Source of the DNA: a virus
Taxonomy: Duplodnaviria > Caudoviricetes
Reading direction: 5' to 3' (one strand)
Length of the DNA stretch: 64,000 nucleotides
IMG/VR virus record: IMGVR_UViG_3300010882_000012
Positions 9,316-17,610 of this stretch are shown here, in pieces (position 1 is the first letter of the stretch; the number at the start of each line of letters is the position of its first letter). Under the pieces are notes generated by a model that was given only the letters and a program-made list of their open reading frames with translations, was not told where the DNA came from and searched no databases. A program made the position numbers and the translations under genes.

Positions 9316-10047
9316 ATGATACCAAATCACTTAGAGAAGATCATTTTTCACAATATCCTTGAAAATAAAGAGTACATTAGGGTAACAAAAGCAGAATTTT
9401 TTGATTCTCCAAATTATTCTGATTTGTTCAAATGTGCCGCCGGATTTATTGAGAAGTACAATCAAACTCCTACAAAGGAACAAATGGTTGAACTTGCAAA
9501 AATTGGAGGTCTTGAAAAGATTAATCGAGATTTCATTGAAATTGTATTCAATTGTGACAAATCAGCATATGATAAAGAATGGTTGCAAGAATCAACAGAA
9601 GCTTGGATTGAATCTAAAAAACTTGAAAAAGCTGCAAATCAATTAGTTACCTATCTTAAAACTACAGATATCTCAATAGAAAATGTTAAGAATGTAGTGG
9701 AAACTTCAAGAGATATTATCATGAATGGTACTAATCTTGATTTAAAATTTGATGAAGGTCTTGACTTTTTTAATCCTGAAAGCCATAGACAACCATTAGC
9801 AGATACTTTTAGTTCTGGATTTCCATATGTTGATTTAGTTCTTGGAGGTGGTTGGTATTCAAAAGCTTTGTTTGTACTTTGCGGACAACAGAAAGTTGGT
9901 AAGTGTTCAAAAGGTACAACAAAAATTACTATTAGAAACAAAAAAACAGGGGAAATTAAGAAAATTTCATTGAAAAAATTTCATGAGTTAACTAAAAAAT
10001 TAAATCCTACTTTTTGTAGACCAACATTCCAAAATAATCTGGAATAA
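9316..10047 (+). CDS. gp41: replicative DNA helicase (gp41/DnaB-like) N-terminal fragment fused to split-intein N part (47 aa)
   Basis: SSGFPYVDLVLGGG..LFVLCGQQKVGK then CSKGTTKITIRNKKTGEI; probable start ATG at 9316. Confidence 0.9.
   Translation: MIPNHLEKIIFHNILENKEYIRVTKAEFFDSPNYSDLFKCAAGFIEKYNQTPTKEQMVELAKIGGLEKINRDFIEIVFNCDKSAYDKEWLQESTEAWIESKKLEKAANQLVTYLKTTDISIENVKNVVETSRDIIMNGTNLDLKFDEGLDFFNPESHRQPLADTFSSGFPYVDLVLGGGWYSKALFVLCGQQKVGKCSKGTTKITIRNKKTGEIKKISLKKFHELTKKLNPTFCRPTFQNNLE
9904..10044 (+). mobile_element. split intein N fragment (helicase IntN, 47 aa)
   Basis: Cys directly after Walker A GK; block A pattern C...T.I. Confidence 0.85.
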
Positions 10048-10059
10048 ATAGTAAAAGAT
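10030..10059 (+). promoter_or_regulatory. late-promoter motif CAAAATAATCTGGAATAAATAGTAAAAGAT upstream of the endonuclease gene
   Basis: 30/30 identical to 17532-17561; contains a T4-late-like TAAATA core. Confidence 0.75.
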
Positions 10060-11215
10060 GTTAACTATGAAAAGTACAAAAAGATTTAACCGATATTCAA
10101 TAGAAGATCAAATGGAACGTTTTAATTTATCAAAAGAACAAGCAGAAGAAAAAGTTAAAAAAATTAAACATCAAAATTCTGAATCTTCTAAAAACAAGAT
10201 GAATGTTGAATGGCAAATGGAACGTTTTAATTTATCAAAAGAACAAGCAGAAGAAAAAATTAAAAGAATTAGTAATGCATACTCAACATATCAAAAAACA
10301 ATAAATGTTGAATGGCAAATGGAACGTTTTAATTTATCAAAAGAACAGGCAGAAGAAAAAATTAAAAGAATTAAAAATGAAAAATCTTCAATTTTATCTA
10401 AATTAAAGAATAATGACTATGAAAAATTTTTAACAATTAATCCTAATAATAAAGAGCATTGGATTAAAAAAGGATTTTCATTAGAAGATGCAACAATAAA
10501 AGCACGACAATTTACTAAAGAAAATTGTCAAAATATGCGTAATACCTACGAACAAATTAGAGAAGAAAATCCCGGTATTCATAAAAATTACAATTCAGCT
10601 TGTTTAGAATATTGGCAAAATCAAGGATATACTATAGAAGAATCAATTGAATTAAGAAGTAAACGTCAATCAACATTTTCTTTAGAAATTTGTGTTGAGA
10701 AGTATGGAACTGAAATTGGATTTCAAATTTGGAAAGAAAGAAATGAAAATTGGTCAATAAAAATTGAAGAAAAATATCAAAATGGCGAATTTTCTAGGAT
10801 ACCAAAAAATCCACTATCGACATCTTTTTCTAATAAAGAGATTAATTTAATTAAAGAATTAGTTCAAGTTTTAAAACTTGATGAAAAACAATACTATTCA
10901 ATAATAAATGGAAAACAATTTGGTAGATGGAGCACTGAATTAAAAAGAGGATTTTCTTTTGATTTTGTTTTAAAAGAAAAATTTAAAATTATTGAATTTT
11001 TTGGTGATTATTGGCATTGTAATCCAAGGTTTTATGATAGGAATTATTTTCACAAAAAAATGAAATGTTTAGCAGAAGAAAAATGGGAACAAGATAAAAT
11101 TAAGGAAGATTTTATTAAAAAAGAAGGATTTGAAGTTTTTGTTGTTTGGGAGTATGATTATGATACAGATAAAGAAACTATTTTAAATAATTGCGTAAAA
11201 TTTTTAAAATCATAA
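10058..11215 (+). CDS. free-standing homing endonuclease, Vsr-like nuclease with N-terminal tandem repeats
   Basis: FDFVLKEKFKIIEFFGDYWHCNP...VFVVWE; lies between the helicase halves. Confidence 0.82.
   Translation: MLTMKSTKRFNRYSIEDQMERFNLSKEQAEEKVKKIKHQNSESSKNKMNVEWQMERFNLSKEQAEEKIKRISNAYSTYQKTINVEWQMERFNLSKEQAEEKIKRIKNEKSSILSKLKNNDYEKFLTINPNNKEHWIKKGFSLEDATIKARQFTKENCQNMRNTYEQIREENPGIHKNYNSACLEYWQNQGYTIEESIELRSKRQSTFSLEICVEKYGTEIGFQIWKERNENWSIKIEEKYQNGEFSRIPKNPLSTSFSNKEINLIKELVQVLKLDEKQYYSIINGKQFGRWSTELKRGFSFDFVLKEKFKIIEFFGDYWHCNPRFYDRNYFHKKMKCLAEEKWEQDKIKEDFIKKEGFEVFVVWEYDYDTDKETILNNCVKFLKS
10108..10373 (+). repeat. three coding repeats (QMERFNLSKEQAEEK); 10202-10271 and 10304-10373 differ at one base
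   Basis: Direct sequence comparison. Confidence 0.85.
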
Positions 11216-11219
11216 TAAA

Positions 11220-11582
11220 ATGAAATTATCAGATATTACAGAAAAAAAATTTGAAGAATTTTTTGAAATTTCGGATTGGGAAATTGAAACAGATACAGGA
11301 TGGGAAGATATTAAAGGAATTGGTAAAACTATTCCATATCAAGTTTGGTTTTTAAAAACTTGGGGATTTGAATTAGAATGTGCAGATAATCATATCGTTT
11401 TTGATGAACAATTTAACGAACTTTACGTTTATGAATTAAAAGTTGGTGATAAAATAATGACTGAATTTGGACCTCAAGAAGTATTGAAAATTGAAAAAAC
11501 CAATGAAATTATTGAGATGTATGATGTTCAAGTTAGTTCGGATAATCATCGTTATTACACAAATGGAATTCTTAGTCATAAT
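11220..11582 (+). mobile_element. split intein C fragment (helicase IntC)
   Basis: Ends His-Asn, +1 Ser completes GQQKVGK-S. Confidence 0.88.
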
Positions 11583-12296
11583 TCAATTTTTTTAGCAAAT
11601 TTGGCAGCAAATGCAGTTAAATTAGGATATAATTCAGCTGTAGTTTCTTTAGAAATGGCAGATCGAAAAGTTGTTAAAAGACTTGGTGCTAATCTTCTTA
11701 ATGTTACAATGGGAGAGTATGCACAGATTGCAGAAGATCAAGATTTAATTCGTAAGAAACTTGCAACTATTGGAATGGAAAATTTCAAACAACCGGGGCA
11801 GCTTTTTGTTAAAGAATTTCCAACTTCTGCTGCAAGTATTAAGGATGTTGAAAGATGGTTACTAAAAATGGAACAGATGAAAGGAATTAAATTTAAAACC
11901 GTTTTTATTGACTATATCAACATCTTAGCAAACTGGAGAAATCCAAATTCAGAAAATACCTACATGAAGGTTAAACAAATTGCAGAAGATATGAGAGCTA
12001 TGGCAATTAGAAACAATTGGGCAATAATTAGCTTAACACAAACAAACAGAGGAGCTTTTAATACTTCAAGTATGAGCATAACTGATATTGCAGAATCTTC
12101 TGGTCTTGGTGCTACTGTAGATGCAATGTTTGGTATTGTACAAGATGAGATAATGCATGCTAATAATGAGTACTTTTTGCAGACACTTTTGAATAGAGAT
12201 GAAGGTTACAAAAACTCGCGCAAACGGTTAACTATTAACTATTCACACATGCGCTTAGAAGAAACTTTAGACGATATTATTACAGACGTCTACTAA
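11220..12296 (+). CDS. gp41: split-intein C part (121 aa) fused to helicase C-terminal fragment
   Basis: ETDTGW, CADNHIV (block B), MYDVQV (F), LSHN|S (G); then SLEM, VFIDYINI, TQTNR, IAESSG. Confidence 0.92.
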   Translation: MKLSDITEKKFEEFFEISDWEIETDTGWEDIKGIGKTIPYQVWFLKTWGFELECADNHIVFDEQFNELYVYELKVGDKIMTEFGPQEVLKIEKTNEIIEMYDVQVSSDNHRYYTNGILSHNSIFLANLAANAVKLGYNSAVVSLEMADRKVVKRLGANLLNVTMGEYAQIAEDQDLIRKKLATIGMENFKQPGQLFVKEFPTSAASIKDVERWLLKMEQMKGIKFKTVFIDYINILANWRNPNSENTYMKVKQIAEDMRAMAIRNNWAIISLTQTNRGAFNTSSMSITDIAESSGLGATVDAMFGIVQDEIMHANNEYFLQTLLNRDEGYKNSRKRLTINYSHMRLEETLDDIITDVY

Positions 12297-12310
12297 AAAC
12301 AGAATAGAGA

Positions 12311-12820
12311 ATGAAACTATTTGATGAAGATAATCCATTAGATGAAATAGAACCAAGTTTTGAAAACATGGATGAACAAACTGAAATAGAGAATAATAAC
12401 AATAATGATGGAGAGTTTGAATTTCAATTGTTTGGAACTTTTGCAGTAGATGAAAATTGGATGACCAAAAATTATTCCGAATTAAGATACTTGCATGAAA
12501 CTTTTGAAATGGAAAAATTGAAAAACAATCTCTATGATATTTTTGTAGAATCAAGATTTTACGAAAAGTACAAAGATTATAGTTCTAAAGTAACTAAGCA
12601 AGATTTGTTAGATATCTTTTTACACTTTTACGAAAATATTGAAGATGGAGACAGGTATTCAGAAATGGACAAATTTTGTGAGATTGCAGACTTCTTTGGA
12701 ATTAATTACGATTTACTTTACAAAGAGATACCAATTACAATAAAGCAAAAATTAATAGTTGATATGGATGAAAAGTATCAAATGTTAAATGGTGGTACTA
12801 AAGTTAAAAAATTGTTTTAA
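12311..12820 (+). CDS. acidic hypothetical protein
   Basis: 169-aa ORF in operon. Confidence 0.6.
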   Translation: MKLFDEDNPLDEIEPSFENMDEQTEIENNNNNDGEFEFQLFGTFAVDENWMTKNYSELRYLHETFEMEKLKNNLYDIFVESRFYEKYKDYSSKVTKQDLLDIFLHFYENIEDGDRYSEMDKFCEIADFFGINYDLLYKEIPITIKQKLIVDMDEKYQMLNGGTKVKKLF

Positions 12821-12821
12821 T

Positions 12822-13136
12822 ATGGCAAATGTTAATTTTGTTAAGATATCAGAAGTTTTTTACAATCAAAAAGAGGAAATACCAACAGATTTTGGCATAA
12901 AGTTAGAAAGGATAAAAGAAGAATTATTGAATGTTCTTAATAGTTTTCAATTTCAATTCATGGATAAAGCTACTATGAATGAAATTGAAAATAACATGAG
13001 AAAAGTAATAGACAAATTTGAAGTTACTTGGGCTCGTTTTAAAGTAATCCCAAATTATGATGATTGTAGTGTAAGTTTAGAACCATGCAATTTTGAAACC
13101 TACTTGCTATTTAAAAATTTTAAGATGTGTGATTAA
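12822..13136 (+). CDS. hypothetical protein
   Basis: Probable start MANVNF just after the upstream stop. Confidence 0.55.
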   Translation: MANVNFVKISEVFYNQKEEIPTDFGIKLERIKEELLNVLNSFQFQFMDKATMNEIENNMRKVIDKFEVTWARFKVIPNYDDCSVSLEPCNFETYLLFKNFKMCD

Positions 13137-14229
13137 GACAGAGATAAAAAGAGTTTGGTTGCTAGCAGATTTGCATTTTGGTGTAAGAACTAATTCATTA
13201 GAATGGTTAGAGATACACAAAGATTACTTCTATAATTTCTTTATCCCAATGCTAAAGGAAAAGAAAAAAGAAGGTGATGCTTTGTTTGTACTTGGAGATA
13301 TTTTTGAATCTCGTCAATCTCTTAACATTCGAGTTCTTAATGAAGCTATTAACATTTTTATCGAACTTTCAAAAATAATTCCAATTTACGTTATTGTTGG
13401 AAATCATGATAGTTTTGCACGTAATTCTCTTGACATCAATTCTTTAATTGTTTTTAAGAATATTGACAATATTACAATTTTTGATAATCCTGATGTTTTA
13501 GAAACACAATTTGGACAGAAACTTTTAATGATGCCTTGGATTGAATCCAAAGAAGAAGAGTTAAAATGCCTTAATTCAAATCAAGCCGATTATCTTTTTT
13601 GTCATACAGATTTTCAAGGAATCATGTTTAACAAAAAAGTAGAAATTGAAGAAGGTCTTGAATTAAAAGCAGTTTCAAAATTTAAAAAAGTGTACTCAGG
13701 ACATATCCATCTTTCACAAAAGAACAAGAATGTTTTTATGATTGGTTGTATTTTCCCATTAACTCGTAATGATTTAGGAGATACAAAAAAGATAGTTATT
13801 CTAGATTTTGAAACAGGAAAAGAAACTATTATTAATAACAATTATTCACCTAAATTTTTAAAGTACACTATTGATGGATTACTTGAAAGAACTTTTGAAA
13901 ATTTTGAAAAAGAAATTCAGAATAATTTTGTGGATATTATCATAGATAGTACTTGGACAACTAAATTTCCATTTTCAAACTTAATGGATTCTGTTTCCGG
14001 ATACAAAAAACTAAACTACATTCTCTCTACTTTACAACGAGATGGTGATGGAGATGAATTTGATGAAGATGTTGTAGATGGAGAAATGGATATTGAAGAT
14101 TTGACTGAATTTTACATCCAAAATCTCAACTATTCAGAAGATTTTAAAAAATTGTTATTGGAAACATCAACTAAACTTTACAAAAAAGGTGTGAAATACC
14201 TTGAAGAAAAAACAATTGAGATAGACTAA
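13129..14229 (+). CDS. gp47: recombination nuclease, Mre11/SbcD-like (gp47)
   Basis: ADLHFG, LGDIF, VGNHD, FCH, SGHIH metallophosphoesterase motifs; start uncertain (GTG at 13129). Confidence 0.9.
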   Translation: MIKTEIKRVWLLADLHFGVRTNSLEWLEIHKDYFYNFFIPMLKEKKKEGDALFVLGDIFESRQSLNIRVLNEAINIFIELSKIIPIYVIVGNHDSFARNSLDINSLIVFKNIDNITIFDNPDVLETQFGQKLLMMPWIESKEEELKCLNSNQADYLFCHTDFQGIMFNKKVEIEEGLELKAVSKFKKVYSGHIHLSQKNKNVFMIGCIFPLTRNDLGDTKKIVILDFETGKETIINNNYSPKFLKYTIDGLLERTFENFEKEIQNNFVDIIIDSTWTTKFPFSNLMDSVSGYKKLNYILSTLQRDGDGDEFDEDVVDGEMDIEDLTEFYIQNLNYSEDFKKLLLETSTKLYKKGVKYLEEKTIEID

Positions 14230-15896
14230 TGCGCATAACTAAATTGGCATGGAGAAATTTTTCATCATATGGAAACAAATTACAAGAATTAGACCTTGAT
14301 GAACCGGGGATGAAACTTTTAATTGGAGAAAATGGAGCAGGAAAGTCAACAATTTCAGATGTTGTAATTTTTTCTCTTTATGGTAAATTACCTAACAAAA
14401 AACAAAAGGATATTGTAAACCGGTTTAATAATAATCTCTACACTAAGATAGAACTTGAACACTATAATAGCCATATTGTAATTGAAAGAGGTGTGACACC
14501 AAATTTCATTAATCTTACAGTAAATGGCAAGCCATATGATGTTGCCGGAAAACGTAATATTGAAGACTATTTAGAGGAAGAGATTTTTAAAATACCATTT
14601 TACGTTTACACTAATCTCATTACTTTGAGTATTAATGACTTTCAAAGTTTCATTACAATGGGTGCTAAAGCAAAAAGAGATTTAATTGACAAAATCTTCT
14701 CTTTGCAAATTATCAATGTTATTCGTACTTTAATTCGTGAAGAAATCCGTAAAACTTCAGAAGATGCAGCAATACTTTCTAATGAAATTGATGCACTTGA
14801 AATTACAATCCAAACATCTGAAAAAGAACTTACTAAGCTTAAAAAGCAAATTGAGATTAATGCTATTTCAGAAAAACAAGAAACTTTGAAAAACATTGAA
14901 AATTACAACAAAAATCTTGAAGAACTTGCTGGAAAATTAAAAGAGATTGGTGAAAAGTATGAAAAAGCAGAAGATAAGATTCAAGATCTTAATGAAATGT
15001 TAACAACTAACAAACAGAAAAAGAAGGGGATAGAAGAGAAAAAGTTATTGTATGAAAATCAAAAATGTCCACTTTGCCAATCTGATTTAGAAACGGATTT
15101 CCACAAGCATTTGTTAAAAGGTTACTTAGATGAAGAAATGCAGATTAATGAGAATATTGAAGCAACTAAAACATCAATTGAATCCTACAAAAAAGTTAGA
15201 AATCAAATTGGTACAATGATTACTAAGATGAATTCTAAAAAATCTGAGTTTACTACTTTAATTAGTAATTTTAACAAAAAGCTGAAAGAACTTGATAACT
15301 TGAAAGATAACTCAATGGAAACTAATTCTATTGAAAAAATTATTAACGAGTCAAGAAAACGAAAAGTAACTACAACAAAGAAAAAGGATAATACTGTAAA
15401 CAAAACCAACTTTTTCAAGATATTAGAAGACATCTACAGTGAGAGTGGCGTGAAACAGTTGGCTTTACAGAAAATACTACCAACTTTAAATTCTGAAATT
15501 CGTAAAGTAATGATAGACTTAAAGATGGATTACAAAGTAGTTTTCAATATCAATTTTGATGCAGAAATTAGTCATCTTGGATATGAAGTTTCCGCACAAC
15601 AGATTTCAACCGGTGAAAAAAAGAAGATTGATTTTGCAATTTTGATAGCTTTAATTAGACTAATGAAAATTAAATTTCCAACTATTAACATGATGTTTTT
15701 AGATGAACTCTTTAGTAGTATTGATCAAGATGGAATTTTTCACATCATTCAAGTTTTAGCACAATCTTCAAAAGAATTAGGTCTTAGTATTTTTGTTGTT
15801 AATCACAGTCCTCTTCCAGAAGAGTTGTTTGATTACAAAATTGAAGCAAAAAAGGTTAATAACTTTTCTTCACTCAATATTGAGAAATTAAACTAA
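14229..15896 (+). CDS. gp46: recombination ATPase, Rad50/SbcC-like (gp46)
   Basis: GENGAGKS, coiled coil with CPLC hook, ISTGE signature, FLDE. Confidence 0.92.
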   Translation: MRITKLAWRNFSSYGNKLQELDLDEPGMKLLIGENGAGKSTISDVVIFSLYGKLPNKKQKDIVNRFNNNLYTKIELEHYNSHIVIERGVTPNFINLTVNGKPYDVAGKRNIEDYLEEEIFKIPFYVYTNLITLSINDFQSFITMGAKAKRDLIDKIFSLQIINVIRTLIREEIRKTSEDAAILSNEIDALEITIQTSEKELTKLKKQIEINAISEKQETLKNIENYNKNLEELAGKLKEIGEKYEKAEDKIQDLNEMLTTNKQKKKGIEEKKLLYENQKCPLCQSDLETDFHKHLLKGYLDEEMQINENIEATKTSIESYKKVRNQIGTMITKMNSKKSEFTTLISNFNKKLKELDNLKDNSMETNSIEKIINESRKRKVTTTKKKDNTVNKTNFFKILEDIYSESGVKQLALQKILPTLNSEIRKVMIDLKMDYKVVFNINFDAEISHLGYEVSAQQISTGEKKKIDFAILIALIRLMKIKFPTINMMFLDELFSSIDQDGIFHIIQVLAQSSKELGLSIFVVNHSPLPEELFDYKIEAKKVNNFSSLNIEKLN

Positions 15897-15900
15897 GGAA

Positions 15901-15921
15901 AATCTGGAATAGATAATAAAA
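15901..15921 (+). promoter_or_regulatory. late-promoter motif variant (AATCTGGAATAGATAATAAAA)
   Basis: Matches the consensus; upstream of a structural gene. Confidence 0.65.
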
Positions 15922-15933
15922 AGAGTAGTATTA

Positions 15934-17511
15934 ATGGCTTTCTCACAAACAAGTAATGTTGAAAATGTTTTTGCACGTGCAGTTGTAGTTGGATTAGTTA
16001 AAACTTTAAACAATCAGATTTTTTACGAAAATGTTTTAGATAGTAATGGAACCTATGATATTGTAGGTGTTCCATTTTTTCCAGATTTTGGTCAAGGTTC
16101 AAGTGAACGATTTCTTCAAGATTACTTTTTGAATTGGGGTGATTGTGGTTCTGCTCAAAAAGTAGATGGTAACATAGATCCACTACCGAGAGGAATGGTA
16201 TCTCTTAATTCAATGGAAATTGATACATCAGCACTGACACAAAGATGGATACGAGCTGAATTTTCTAAAGTAATTGATGGTAATATCCAAACTTTTAATG
16301 CTTATCTTAATTCTTTACCACTTAAAATGGATTTTGATATTGAGATAAGAACAGATACTATGGTAGAAGCTTTTAAAATAGTGCAAGCTATTTTAGATAC
16401 TTTTTACAAAGTAAGGATTTTTAATGTTGAGTTTAGAGGATTCATGATACCATGCCAAATTTCATTTCCAGAAAATTATCCAATTGAAAGAGCAATGGAA
16501 TTTTCTTATCCATCTGAAAACAAAATTAACTTTACTTTTTCACTTGAAATTGAAACTTACTATCCTGTTATTGATGAACCAAACATGGGATCTGTAGAAG
16601 GTAGAAAACTACTTGCTGATGGAGATGGGGATATTACAAAGAAAAGGTTAACTAATGCCGATTTTGATATGGTTTTACGCAGAAGGGTTGGTAGTTATGC
16701 AGCAATGGTTTCAAATCCGATAGAACAAGAAATGGTGCCTAATCCAGATTGGGATGGTGAAGATTGGGATAAAGAATTCATTCCGGATCCTAATTGGCAA
16801 GAGATGATACCAAATCCTGTTTTAGAAGGAGCGGGTTTGGGAATGTCCGACAATTTGTCAAGTAAAACTTCGTCAATTCGTCAAGCAAGGAATACAATGG
16901 ATGGAATTATCATAGAGAAAGAAAATGATCAAGCAGGTTTTAATTGGTACCAACATAGACCGGTTCTAAATTTAGAAACACCAAAAGTAGGTGTAACTTT
17001 ATTGAGTAAAGATACTATTGAAATTTCATGGAAATTCACAGGATGGCTTGATAAAGTAAATGGTTATTGGTCAGATGATTATGGTACAACCTGGAATACT
17101 TTTATGCGACTTTATGATGCACACAAAGGAAGTTTCATGTGGCAATTGCCAGAATTTAATCCTACAATAGAAGCAGTTGTAATTTCAGATGTTAAAGTTC
17201 TTGAAAAAGCCATAATAAGATTAATTTCAGATGTAAATGGTACAATTACAGACTACATCATTATTAATCCTGGATTGGGATATGATGAGGCTACAAGTAT
17301 TGAAATTGAAGCAGAAGGAACTGGAGCTTTGATAGAACCATTAGTTGTCAACAGAAGGATAGAAGGAATTACCATCTTAAATGGTGGTTCTGGATACAAA
17401 CCAAGCAAAGAAACAGAAATTGCAATTAAGATTAGGTCTTCAGCAGATGAAACAATTTTTGATACAACTAAAGATGAGCAAGGAAATTTAGGTGTGATCT
17501 CTGTTAAGTAG
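15934..17511 (+). CDS. tail sheath stabiliser/terminator (gp15-like) with C-terminal Ig-like and GSGY-repeat extension
   Basis: LPRG, P..MDFDIEI, KIVQAIL.TF pattern; C-terminal INPGLGY / LNGGSGY. Confidence 0.6.
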   Translation: MAFSQTSNVENVFARAVVVGLVKTLNNQIFYENVLDSNGTYDIVGVPFFPDFGQGSSERFLQDYFLNWGDCGSAQKVDGNIDPLPRGMVSLNSMEIDTSALTQRWIRAEFSKVIDGNIQTFNAYLNSLPLKMDFDIEIRTDTMVEAFKIVQAILDTFYKVRIFNVEFRGFMIPCQISFPENYPIERAMEFSYPSENKINFTFSLEIETYYPVIDEPNMGSVEGRKLLADGDGDITKKRLTNADFDMVLRRRVGSYAAMVSNPIEQEMVPNPDWDGEDWDKEFIPDPNWQEMIPNPVLEGAGLGMSDNLSSKTSSIRQARNTMDGIIIEKENDQAGFNWYQHRPVLNLETPKVGVTLLSKDTIEISWKFTGWLDKVNGYWSDDYGTTWNTFMRLYDAHKGSFMWQLPEFNPTIEAVVISDVKVLEKAIIRLISDVNGTITDYIIINPGLGYDEATSIEIEAEGTGALIEPLVVNRRIEGITILNGGSGYKPSKETEIAIKIRSSADETIFDTTKDEQGNLGVISVK

Positions 17512-17531
17512 TTGAAAAGCGGGAAAACTCT

Positions 17532-17561
17532 CAAAATAATCTGGAATAAATAGTAAAAGAT
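17532..17561 (+). promoter_or_regulatory. late-promoter motif
   Basis: 30-nt identity with 10030-10059. Confidence 0.78.
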
Positions 17562-17610
17562 ATTGGGCTGGTTTTAGATTCAATCAGTCAATTTAAAATA
17601 ATTGAAGATA

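Noticed and set aside
10108-10373. CRISPR-like repeat-spacer pattern
   Set aside because: Repeats are long, in frame, inside a protein-coding ORF and only three; no cas genes
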